A stretch of DNA of 64,000 nt, taken from Candidatus Latescibacterota bacterium (lineage in GTDB: Bacteria; Latescibacterota; UBA2968; GCA-2709665). The notes below the pieces were generated by a model. The model had not been told where the DNA came from, searched no databases, and was given only the letters and a program-made list of their open reading frames with translations. Made by a program: the position numbers and the translations under genes. Positions 49,750-58,559 of the stretch are shown here, in pieces. The DNA lies in the NCBI GenBank assembly GCA_965219455.1, contig OZ244744.1:5024001-5088000 (forward strand), written 5' to 3'. Positions within the stretch are counted from its first letter, which is position 1; every line of letters begins with the position of its first letter.

Positions 49750-50787
49750 ATGTCTGAAAGGTCCCGTTGCAGGAACGATCCGATGGTGGGCGTTCATCCC
49801 GCTTTCGGTGAGGTGCGAATGCTTGCCGGCCGCGCCGGAGCGAGTGAACTACCCGTTCTGGTCACCGGCGAGTCAGGGACCGGGAAGGAACTCATCGCCC
49901 GCGAGGTCCACGACCGGAGCCCCCGATCCGGCGCGCCTTTTGTGGTTGTTGACTGCGGCATGCTGGCGAGGGAAATGGGGCGGAGCGAACTGTTCGGACA
50001 TGTCAGGGGGGCATTCACCGGAGCCACGGAGTCCCGCCCGGGGCTGGTGGGGGTCGCACGCGGCGGAACGCTCTTTTTCGACGAAGTGGGTGAACTCGAT
50101 GAGCCGCTGCAGCGGCAGTTGCTGCGCCTGATTCAGGAGGGCGAATACCGGACGGTTGGCGATCACCGATGGAAGAGGGCGGGTGTCCGGGTGGTCGCCG
50201 CGACGAACAGAGACCTGAAGCAGGGGGTCGAGGCGGGGCGTTTTCGAAACGATCTATACTACCGTCTCCGGGTCATTCATCTGCATCTGCCCGCTCTGAG
50301 GGAACGTCGAAGCGACATTCCGCTTCTGGTCGCCCATTTTCTGGATCAGTTCGGTGACGTCGGAAAAGCAGCCCGCGGGATATCTCCCGAAACCGGCGCT
50401 TTGCTGGAGGGATATGACTGGCCTGGCAATATCAGAGAACTCGCTCATACCATTGCGGGCGCGCTGGCGCTTACCGACGGAGACGTATTAACGCCTGACG
50501 ACCTGCCCTCCGAGGTTCAGGACGCGGAGACAAGACGGGACCGTGGCATCTACAGTCTGCCGTACAAGGACGCGCGAAGGATCTGCATGGACCGGTTCAC
50601 ACAAGAGTATCTGCACCGGGCACTCGTCAAGACAGGCGGAAATGTATCCCGGGCAGCCCGAAAAAGCGGTATCGGGCGCCAGTATTTTCAGCTTCGAATG
50701 TCGGAACACGGCATGGCCGCGGCGCAATACAGGAAGCAATCGAACGATGCGCATATGCAGGTATACCGCGCGGCGTCAGGTGATTGA
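49750..50787 (+). CDS. sigma54 activator lacking an N-terminal sensory domain
   Basis: GESGTGKE about 40 aa from the start, GAFTGA, FFDEV, WPGNIREL, GGNVSRAA HTH. Confidence 0.92.
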   Translation: MSERSRCRNDPMVGVHPAFGEVRMLAGRAGASELPVLVTGESGTGKELIAREVHDRSPRSGAPFVVVDCGMLAREMGRSELFGHVRGAFTGATESRPGLVGVARGGTLFFDEVGELDEPLQRQLLRLIQEGEYRTVGDHRWKRAGVRVVAATNRDLKQGVEAGRFRNDLYYRLRVIHLHLPALRERRSDIPLLVAHFLDQFGDVGKAARGISPETGALLEGYDWPGNIRELAHTIAGALALTDGDVLTPDDLPSEVQDAETRRDRGIYSLPYKDARRICMDRFTQEYLHRALVKTGGNVSRAARKSGIGRQYFQLRMSEHGMAAAQYRKQSNDAHMQVYRAASGD

Positions 50788-50890
50788 TCTGATTATTTCA
50801 TCTTTCGGGAAGTGGAAGCCAGTACAGGCGATCTGTCTGGCTCATATGGTCGATGCGTCAAACCGATACCTCGAATAAAAGCTTTAAAAG

Positions 50891-50917
50891 GTGGAGCAGA
50901 CATTCTTGTCTGCTCAC
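50891..50917. repeat. REP-like palindrome
   Basis: GTGGAGCAGACA-TTCT-TGTCTGCTCAC; single copy in the window. Confidence 0.45.
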
Positions 50918-51199
50918 ATACATCAACCCGAAATCTCGAAATCACGTTTCCAGTTGGCGTGTCGTCACTTGATTAGGGACCAGAGAGCACGGCCGACGTC
51001 ATACGATACGCATCTTTTTCGAATTGCGGTTTTTACCATTCGCCTTGATACAATCGCTTTGTGCTTGATCCTGGCCGGGAAAAGGATTATCGTTCGGCTG
51101 TATCGCTGAAACACAGAAGGCGGGTAAATTATCTCGTGCGAGCCGGGCTCGGCGCTGATGCCGGGCGCGGCCTTATACTTTTTGCCGGAAGGAGTTAAC

Positions 51200-52261
51200 G
51201 TGCCCAGATTCAAGCCCGATGTATTGCGGGAAGTGGGGTATACGCTTTTCAGGGCGGCGGGATGCCGCGAAGAGGACGCGCGGACGGTGGTGGACCATCT
51301 GGTGGATTCCAATCTGTACGGGCACGATTCCCACGGCGCCATCCGCTTTTACGAGTATGCGAAGGCGGTGCAGGACGGCCGGTTCAATCCGAATGCGTCT
51401 CCCGAGGTGGTGAGTGAACGCGCCTGCACAGCCGTCGTGGACGGCGGCGGGGCCATGGGGCAGGTCGGGGCGACGTTTGCCACCCGGCTGGCGATGGAGA
51501 AGGCCCGTCACAGCGGCATTGCTACCGTGGTCCTGCGAAATACGAGCCATATTGGACGGGTGGGCGCGTATCCGTTAATGGCCGCCAGGGCGGGGATGAT
51601 CGGGCAGATCTTCGTGAATGCGGGCAGGCTGGGATATCAGATTGCGCCATTCGGCGGCATTGACGGCCGGTTGAGTACGAATCCGATCGCATTCGCTGCG
51701 CCGCGGCGGGACGCGGATCCCATCCTCGTCGATATGACGACGTCCGTCGTTGCCGAAGGGAAGATCCGCCTGGCGATCAACCAGGGCGTCAAGGTGCCGG
51801 AAGGATGGCTGATCGACGGGTACGGTGAGCCCACAACAGAGCCGAACGACTTCAAGGACGATCCCCCTGGCGCCATTCTGCCGTTGGGGGGAGCAGCGGG
51901 TCATAAGGGATACGGGTTGAGCATCATGGTCGAGCTATTGGGCGGGGCGCTGAGCGGCCAGGGGTGCGCGGCGGGGGACCGGGAGATGATCAGCAACGGC
52001 GTGTTGATCAATGCCTACGATATCGAACACTTCACGGATATGGAGACGTTCTACGACGAGGTGGAGGGGCTGATGTGCCACGTGAAATCCAGCCGCCTCG
52101 CGCCGGGATTCAGTGAAATCCTCGCGCCGGGCGAACCGGAGTTCAGGACCGCCGAACGCCGCGCCACCGAGGGCATCGAGGTGGACGACCGGACATGGGA
52201 AATGGTCTGCGAAATCGGGGCCGAATTCGGGGTGGATCTGGCGGAAATGGGGGAGGGTTGA
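51200..52261 (+). CDS. Ldh_2-family (malate/L-lactate/sulfolactate-type) oxidoreductase
   Basis: GHDSHG, NTSHIGR, STNPIAF, DMTTS, GHKGYGL, PGEPE; AAGGAG RBS before GTG. Confidence 0.93.
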   Translation: MPRFKPDVLREVGYTLFRAAGCREEDARTVVDHLVDSNLYGHDSHGAIRFYEYAKAVQDGRFNPNASPEVVSERACTAVVDGGGAMGQVGATFATRLAMEKARHSGIATVVLRNTSHIGRVGAYPLMAARAGMIGQIFVNAGRLGYQIAPFGGIDGRLSTNPIAFAAPRRDADPILVDMTTSVVAEGKIRLAINQGVKVPEGWLIDGYGEPTTEPNDFKDDPPGAILPLGGAAGHKGYGLSIMVELLGGALSGQGCAAGDREMISNGVLINAYDIEHFTDMETFYDEVEGLMCHVKSSRLAPGFSEILAPGEPEFRTAERRATEGIEVDDRTWEMVCEIGAEFGVDLAEMGEG

Positions 52262-52487
52262 GTTCGTCTTGGGGCCGGCGTGGGCAAATATAAGCGGCGT
52301 TAACTGGTGCCCCGCGGTTGATGATCGCCCATATGCGGCCGGCTGATGATCGGTCTAATCGGGCCGCCTGGCAGCCCCGGTTTACGGATTTCCGAAAACT
52401 CGTGGGATGCAATTGACTTTCCGCCCCGATCCCGTATCTTGTTTACGCGGAGCCGTCCCTCTCCCCCAGGGCCCCGGAGCATCCTGA

Positions 52488-53417
52488 ATGGCGCAATTCG
52501 ATGCGGTTTCCAAACACCTGATTCAATCCTATCCCCACGACTTCGCTGGTTTCACCCTGGGACGGGACGACATTGAGGTTCTTGAAGTCATTGACACCGA
52601 GCAGCTCACGGTTTCGGCAAGCCACGCCGACAGCCTCATTCGCGTCCGCGTCGATGGCCTTGAGGTATTGGTCCACAGCGAATTTCAAACGACCGACAGT
52701 ACGAATCCGGACATGCCGCGACGCATGGCCGGTTATATCGGGCGGGCCATTGAACGTCATGGCGTGGCCGTCTACTCGAGCGTCATCTACCTGCGGCCCG
52801 ATGCGGGTAAACGGGATCCGGGTCAATATCTTCAGTCGCATCCCGTCCATCGGGTGCACGTGCAGTACAGGGTGATTCGGCTGAGTGAACTGCATGGTCA
52901 AGAGATTCTCGATGCAGGACACGCGGGGCTGATCGCCTTTGCTCCCTTGATGAGGCCGCCACAAGGGATGACTTCACGGGCATGGTTGCGCCACTGTATG
53001 CACACTGCTAATGCGCGGTCAATGGCAATGCCGGCAAGAGCCGATTACCTGGCCGGTATGTCGCTGCTGAGCGGGTTGGTGTACGCGCCGGAAACCATTT
53101 CTGATATTGTCTCGAAGGAGGGCATGATGGACCTCATACGCGAATCATCCTTTGCACAATACCTTACCCGACAGGGCATCGAGCAAGGCATCGAAAAAGG
53201 GATCGAGCGAGGGATCGAAAGAGGCGTTGAGCAAGGTCTCCGGGAGAGTATCCTCGCCGTACTGGAGACTCGATTCGGTCTTCCTGCGCCGCATCCTCTG
53301 GCTGCTCGCATTGAGACGATTGACAACGTCCAACGCCTTAAAGCGTTGCTTCGCACGGCGGTCCAGGTATCCAGTCCGGAGGAATTCGGACAATTGTTGG
53401 ATCGGGAACAGCCCTGA
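52488..53417 (+). CDS. Rpn/YhgA-like PD-(D/E)xK protein
   Basis: FDAVSKHL, ADSL, HSEFQ, MPRRMAGY, VIYL; ESS.. followed by EQGI/EKGI/ERGI repeats and LETRFG. Confidence 0.85.
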   Translation: MAQFDAVSKHLIQSYPHDFAGFTLGRDDIEVLEVIDTEQLTVSASHADSLIRVRVDGLEVLVHSEFQTTDSTNPDMPRRMAGYIGRAIERHGVAVYSSVIYLRPDAGKRDPGQYLQSHPVHRVHVQYRVIRLSELHGQEILDAGHAGLIAFAPLMRPPQGMTSRAWLRHCMHTANARSMAMPARADYLAGMSLLSGLVYAPETISDIVSKEGMMDLIRESSFAQYLTRQGIEQGIEKGIERGIERGVEQGLRESILAVLETRFGLPAPHPLAARIETIDNVQRLKALLRTAVQVSSPEEFGQLLDREQP

Positions 53418-53548
53418 TACCCATTCGCTGAATACCCTTCGCGGGGAATGCGACAACAGGACAATGCACTATTGTAGTGTGTTGTCCTGTTTGAATTAGA
53501 TCAACTCAGGCGCTTCAGTCCGGACGTGGAGCAATCTGCCGATCTACT

Positions 53549-54101
53549 GCGCCGCGTTCGCGGGATGGGCATCCCATTTTCGTTGTTACGACGACGTCTT
53601 GTCGCCGAGGACAAGATTCGCCTCGCGATCAACCAGGGAGTACAGGTGCTGGAAGGATGGCTTATTGACGGGAAGGGTCAGCCCACCACGGAACCGAACG
53701 ACTTCAAGGAGGATCCGCCGGGCGCCATATTGCCGCTGGGGGGTGACGCGGGTCACAAGGGATACGGGCTGAGCATTATGGTCGAGCTATTGGGCGGGGC
53801 GCTGAGCGGCCAGGGGTAGCGCGGCGGGGGACAGGGAGATGATCAGCAACGGCGTGTTGATCAATGCGTACGACATCGAACACTTCACGGATATGGAGAC
53901 GTTCTACGATGAAGTGGAAGGGTTGATGCGCCACGTGAAATCCAGCCGCCTCGCGCCGGGATTCGATGAAATCCTCGCCCCGGGCGAGCCGGAGTTCCGG
54001 ACGGCCGAACGCCGCGCAACGGAGGGCATCGAGGTGGACGACCGGACGTGGGAAATGGTCTGCGAAAATCGGAGCGGAATTCGGTGTGAACCTTGTGGGG
54101 G
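53549..54101 (+). pseudogene. Degenerate duplicate of the 3' half of the Ldh_2 gene
   Basis: Near-identical to about 51698-52255; a 1-bp insertion (GGGTGC to GGGTAGC) creates a stop at 53817-53819; both ends are frayed. Confidence 0.9.
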
Positions 54102-54957
54102 CGGTGGATGGGTGAGTTAGCGTACATAAGATTTCAGGAAAACTTCGAGGACGTCAACCAAATTCCGAAATCATCGGGAGGTAGTCTTAAGCGTGCTTTT
54201 TTTGTGGTGGTGAATGGTAGTGAAAGTTCCTATTTGGATTCTCGTTTGGTAAATCATCGGGGTAGACGTTCGGAATTGAAAAAAATGGTTATACACAAGA
54301 GTGTCAGCAGGATATCCCGCAAGAATCCAGTTTATTGCTATCTACAAAACCGTAACACAAATTGGCCTTCCTGTTCAGCATACAACAAAACTCGCTTATT
54401 TGACGACTAGCGGTCGAGGCGAGCCACCTTGCGGATCTGAAAGTTACGTTTTGATTCTGACTAACCATAATTACACATATTTGGCTGATCTTCACTGGGA
54501 TTTGGCCGGAAGCACAACGGCGAATTGGTCCCGCACGTCGAAGATTGTTGAAGTCACCGGTTATAAACTTAGAAAAGACGTATTTGAACGACCGTAATGC
54601 CACCTTTCTCTCGGGTTTACTGAATTGTCGACTGCTTATATTGTCGAATTAACGCCAAGTACCGAGGGCGTTTGGAATCTCCGGTCTCGTCGCACACGAT
54701 CACCGTCATCGGGATAGTGTGATGCAACTTCAAGTCAGCGGTGGCATGCGAATACGTGTGTCAGGGTGTCGCGTACGAATCCCGTTGCGTCTATTGGCCG
54801 AATAACGTACATCGGAATTTGACGCGTTATCCTGCCAACCCGAAGGTTTGATTCTATGCGGTTTTCCGTAGCTTTTCCGATGGTGAGTGTCGTTCAATCC
54901 GAGATCATTTTGCGAGTGGTCGCGGGTATTTACTTGATGATCAGGAGGATTCTTGTT

Positions 54958-55761
54958 ATGCCGATGATGCGTAGGAAAAAGCGCCTGCTATTGGCGGCTC
55001 TTGTGATGTGGCTTGCGATTGAACCGTTGGATGTGCAATGCCAGGTACAAAAGGCTTTGGACGATTCGGCCACGATGGTATGGCTGAGTGGGTTGCTTGA
55101 AAAGGGCATTGCGGACGGAAAAGACTCGATTCTTGAGGATGAATACATTCGCAAAATGCTGATAGAAAGAGGCCGAAGTCCCATCGGAAAGAGGATGATA
55201 CAAATCGGACCACGAGAAATTCAAGTGGAGCGTTTCTTTTGGACAGTTTCAGCAATGAGGAATAGGTTTGCGAAGGAACCGAAAAGGAGCTTGCAGTGGA
55301 ACTTGATAATGACGGATCTGATTGTGATCGGACGGGTTTTGTCAGTCACTAGGGAAGAAAAACTGTGTGCATACGGAACCCAGGTGGCTATCGAAGTTGA
55401 CAGATACCTCAAGGGCACGGGACTCAATACGGTTTACGTAAAGCTCGTCCGAGGTAGAAAGGTTTCGGAGAGAAGCGTTATAGTCTCTTCTGGTGAACCC
55501 AAATTTGAGGTCGGGGAAGAGGTCCTCTTGCATCTGTCGGCAACGCCGATTGTCGGACACGATATGGCAGTCGTATATTCTATGTCGAACTGTACGGGCT
55601 TTTTTTACGTGACGAATACTGGCGGCGATTACTATGAGGTCGCGGGAGTAGACGACGCCAAGCGAACCATAGTTGACGGCAAGTTGAAATGGCGAGGAAA
55701 GACGTGCACCTTAGAGGAAGTTGAATCGAGCATTCTGACGGATCTCCAAACCACGTTCTAA
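54958..55761 (+). CDS. Secreted hypothetical protein
   Basis: RRKKR plus hydrophobic signal; DLIVIGRV..YLKG..PKFEVGEEVLL pattern; low GC; start uncertain. Confidence 0.65.
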   Translation: MPMMRRKKRLLLAALVMWLAIEPLDVQCQVQKALDDSATMVWLSGLLEKGIADGKDSILEDEYIRKMLIERGRSPIGKRMIQIGPREIQVERFFWTVSAMRNRFAKEPKRSLQWNLIMTDLIVIGRVLSVTREEKLCAYGTQVAIEVDRYLKGTGLNTVYVKLVRGRKVSERSVIVSSGEPKFEVGEEVLLHLSATPIVGHDMAVVYSMSNCTGFFYVTNTGGDYYEVAGVDDAKRTIVDGKLKWRGKTCTLEEVESSILTDLQTTF

Positions 55762-55796
55762 TTGCATTCTCCCTGACACAAGAAAGGGCTGCGCCC

Positions 55797-56090
55797 ATGT
55801 TCGTCGACGGGTTTATACGAAGGCATGGAATTGTACACAAAGCGGCTTTCGCCATCATCGTAATCGGTCTAACCGTTGGGCGACTACACGCTGGTCAGAT
55901 AGAAATCGGTCCTAATGATTCATGGGCATTTAGTCCACCTTCCCTCTGTGCCTATATTAAAGAGACAGCGGTCCCCGGTAAATTAGTGAGCAATCGAGAG
56001 GGCAAAGGAGCAGCAGACCATGTTGGATACAGCAGCAAAGACGCCGATGCCTCTTGCACTACATCCGCCAAAGCTTCTACGAGAACTTGA
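55797..56090 (+). CDS. Short, possibly truncated secreted hypothetical protein
   Basis: Signal-like segment ending LHA; follows the previous ORF. Confidence 0.35.
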   Translation: MFVDGFIRRHGIVHKAAFAIIVIGLTVGRLHAGQIEIGPNDSWAFSPPSLCAYIKETAVPGKLVSNREGKGAADHVGYSSKDADASCTTSAKASTRT

Positions 56091-56114
56091 ACCTTGCAGT
56101 TGAGCATGTCTTTA

Positions 56115-56681
56115 TTACTCACTAGTTGAACCCCTTCCTGACACCCACTGCATATCTACCTCTCTCGCCATCTTAGCTATATACTTTGTGCTTCCCTTTA
56201 TCTTGAAATTGAACGTCCACGCGCGTTCTAAAAGTGGGGATTGAACTCTAATCAACATCTGTTTTCTGTTACTGTTCATTAACCCACTCATGATCGAAGA
56301 AACGTGCTCAATGGGAGATACCAACCCATAAATTCCACCAAGCTCCGTGTAGTGAATTGGCCAATTGGGAAGGCGTAGGGTCTTCGAGCTATCAAATCGA
56401 ATCATCACGTTGGCTTTTGATTCTAAATCATTCCTCAAAGGGTCTATATTCGGCTCCCAGAAGAATATCATTATATTTCCTTGTTTGCCATCTGATGATA
56501 TCAAAAAAACTCCTTTGTTTTTAGTTTCATCAAGCGATTTGCCCGTTGTGGATATGATGATCCTTTGGGCGTCCGTGACTGGATTTTTTTTCCTTTCTAT
56601 ACTCCACCCTCCACCAAAGGGCCATCCCTCCCCCGTACTTGTCCATAACAACAGCACAAGTGCTGTAATTGCCGTCCTCAT
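56115..56681 (-). CDS. Secreted hypothetical protein
   Basis: Signal peptide, AAGGA RBS, W..ERKKNPVTD and IRFD motifs; low GC. Confidence 0.7.
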   Translation of the reverse strand: MRTAITALVLLLWTSTGEGWPFGGGWSIERKKNPVTDAQRIIISTTGKSLDETKNKGVFLISSDGKQGNIMIFFWEPNIDPLRNDLESKANVMIRFDSSKTLRLPNWPIHYTELGGIYGLVSPIEHVSSIMSGLMNSNRKQMLIRVQSPLLERAWTFNFKIKGSTKYIAKMAREVDMQWVSGRGSTSE

Positions 56682-56871
56682 GCTTTATCCTTTGCAATGC
56701 GGTGACGATTTGGGCGTCCTGAGGAGGATTGAAGGTCACTTGAAAGATTATCATCCAAAACGTTTGTCATCCTCCTTTTTCCCGTCTAACTACAGAAAAG
56801 CCAGGCATTTGTCAAGCCTTTTGTAGTTATCTTTGTAATTCCAAAACGAAAGGCCACGTAAAGTGAGACGG

Positions 56872-57195
56872 GTCAAGTCCTTAATTTTCTGAAAAATCGT
56901 CTATCAGAGGAAGGGCCATTTGTCAATCGGCACCTTGGGTCGAGCCCCGGTGTAGAATTGGACGCTTCCAACGTGCTCATATCGAGGTACCGCCTGCTGG
57001 TGAGGCACTCCTCGGACTGCTCCATTGACAAGGCCCCGATCAACCTGAGACAGGAGGCATCATTGGGGAAGATGCGTGCCACCCGGCTTCTTCTTTTGAT
57101 CTCTTCGCGAAAGCGCTCCAAGCCATTGGTGGTACGAATTCTCTTTCGGTAATCCTTGGGAAAGGAAAAGCAGGTGAGCGTCTGTTCGATCTCTT
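56872..57195 (-). pseudogene. IS256-family transposase 3' remnant with right end
   Basis: RKRIRTTNGLERFREEIKRRSRVARIFPNDASCLRL; terminal TTTTCAGAAAATTAAGGACTTGAC. Confidence 0.85.
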
Positions 57196-57330
57196 CAACC
57201 GTGCAGGCCACGTCCTGCGACCCGAAGGGCGTCTTAAGCTGCGCCTGCAACCGACCAAACAGACCGAAAAACAGTACCGAAGAATCTACACCATCGCGCG
57301 AAACTCCGCCTGACTTTTTTCGAATCAACG
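57195..57330 (+). pseudogene. IS1380-family 3' end remnant
   Basis: NRAGHVLRPEGRLKLRLQPTKQTEKQY is homologous to the reverse complement of about 15209-15345. Confidence 0.75.
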
Positions 57331-57331
57331 T

Positions 57332-58537
57332 CTATTCCCGCTCCTCGCGCTGGTCTAAAATGTCGTGCGAGAGGTTGCTCGCCAGTTCGTTCTCCGCAAG
57401 TTGGATACGATCCGCTTTTTCTCCAATGAGGATGCCGATTCGTTGCTTGCCTTTCGGCGAATTGCCGATGCGGTTGTTGACAAAGGTCAGGTCGCGGGTT
57501 TCTCCCAGGATGCGGATGCCACAGCCATCGGCTCCGGTTCCGTTGTCCAGTATGTCGTTCTCCTCGAAGTAATTCCGATGCCCAGCCATCGCATCGGATT
57601 CGTCGCGGAAGAGGACGCCCTCGTTTCCGTTTCCGATGGCGCGGTTATTCAGAAACGTGTTGTCGGTGTCCTTGTGGCCGATGGAGATGCCGGTCTCGCC
57701 GTTGTCAATGAGGGCGTTGTTTTCAAAACGCCCGTTTCTGACCCGCCAGCAGAGAAATAGGCCGATACGCCCGTTCCCTGCTGCCCGGCAGTTTCGTATC
57801 GTGGGCGACCCGCTGCCGCTGCCGGGGTGAAGGCCCAGGTGGGTATTCCCGTTGCAGGCGCAGTCTTCCACCGACACTTCGTTGCTTTGCTGGAAGCTGA
57901 TCCCGTCGCCGTTGAAGTCTTCAACCGTGCAGCGGGTCATTCGTGTGCCGTGGCTCCGATACAGGAAAATGCCGGCGCCCCTGCATCCGTTGAGGTAGGC
58001 GTTGTTTTCTTTGTTGCCCTGAATCGTCAGATCTTCGATCCCCGCGCCCTCGACGCCATACCCGCTGATGATCGGAAAGGTGGTTGCCGCGCGGGCGTTT
58101 CGCGAAACGAGATAGTCGCCCAGCATGGGTCTATCCGTGCCGAACGTGTTGCCTTCTGCCCATATCAATGTGCAGACAACGGTGTGGAATCCGCCCGAGT
58201 TGTCGTCCGTTACGCTCACGCCGTATCCGGTCGTGAAGCCCGAAGGGTCGGCAACGGTGATCTGTTCCTCGCCGTAATCGCCATCCAGCGTGAGCGGGCT
58301 CTCAACGGCATCCGCTTTGAGGAGAACGGACTCCGGCCCCTGTCCACGGACGGTGACGTGGTCCCTCAGGTGCAGCGAGTCCCGCATCGTGTAGGTCCCC
58401 GGACCGATTTCCACGGTCCCGCCTCCGAGGCCCGCGATATAATCCACGGCAGCCTGGAGTGCCGTGTTATTGCAGCCGACGATATCTGCCCCGGAGTGAC
58501 CTACAGTGACGGTGGGGGTGCTTCGATTGGAGGTCAT
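57332..58537 (-). CDS. Right-handed parallel beta-helix (pectate lyase-like) protein
   Basis: ALQAAVD..GGGTVEIGPGTY..VRGQG and repeated GN..GI turns; GAGGA RBS; no signal peptide. Confidence 0.88.
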   Translation of the reverse strand: MTSNRSTPTVTVGHSGADIVGCNNTALQAAVDYIAGLGGGTVEIGPGTYTMRDSLHLRDHVTVRGQGPESVLLKADAVESPLTLDGDYGEEQITVADPSGFTTGYGVSVTDDNSGGFHTVVCTLIWAEGNTFGTDRPMLGDYLVSRNARAATTFPIISGYGVEGAGIEDLTIQGNKENNAYLNGCRGAGIFLYRSHGTRMTRCTVEDFNGDGISFQQSNEVSVEDCACNGNTHLGLHPGSGSGSPTIRNCRAAGNGRIGLFLCWRVRNGRFENNALIDNGETGISIGHKDTDNTFLNNRAIGNGNEGVLFRDESDAMAGHRNYFEENDILDNGTGADGCGIRILGETRDLTFVNNRIGNSPKGKQRIGILIGEKADRIQLAENELASNLSHDILDQREERE

Positions 58538-58559
58538 GGTGATTCCTCAGTTGTTTGGG

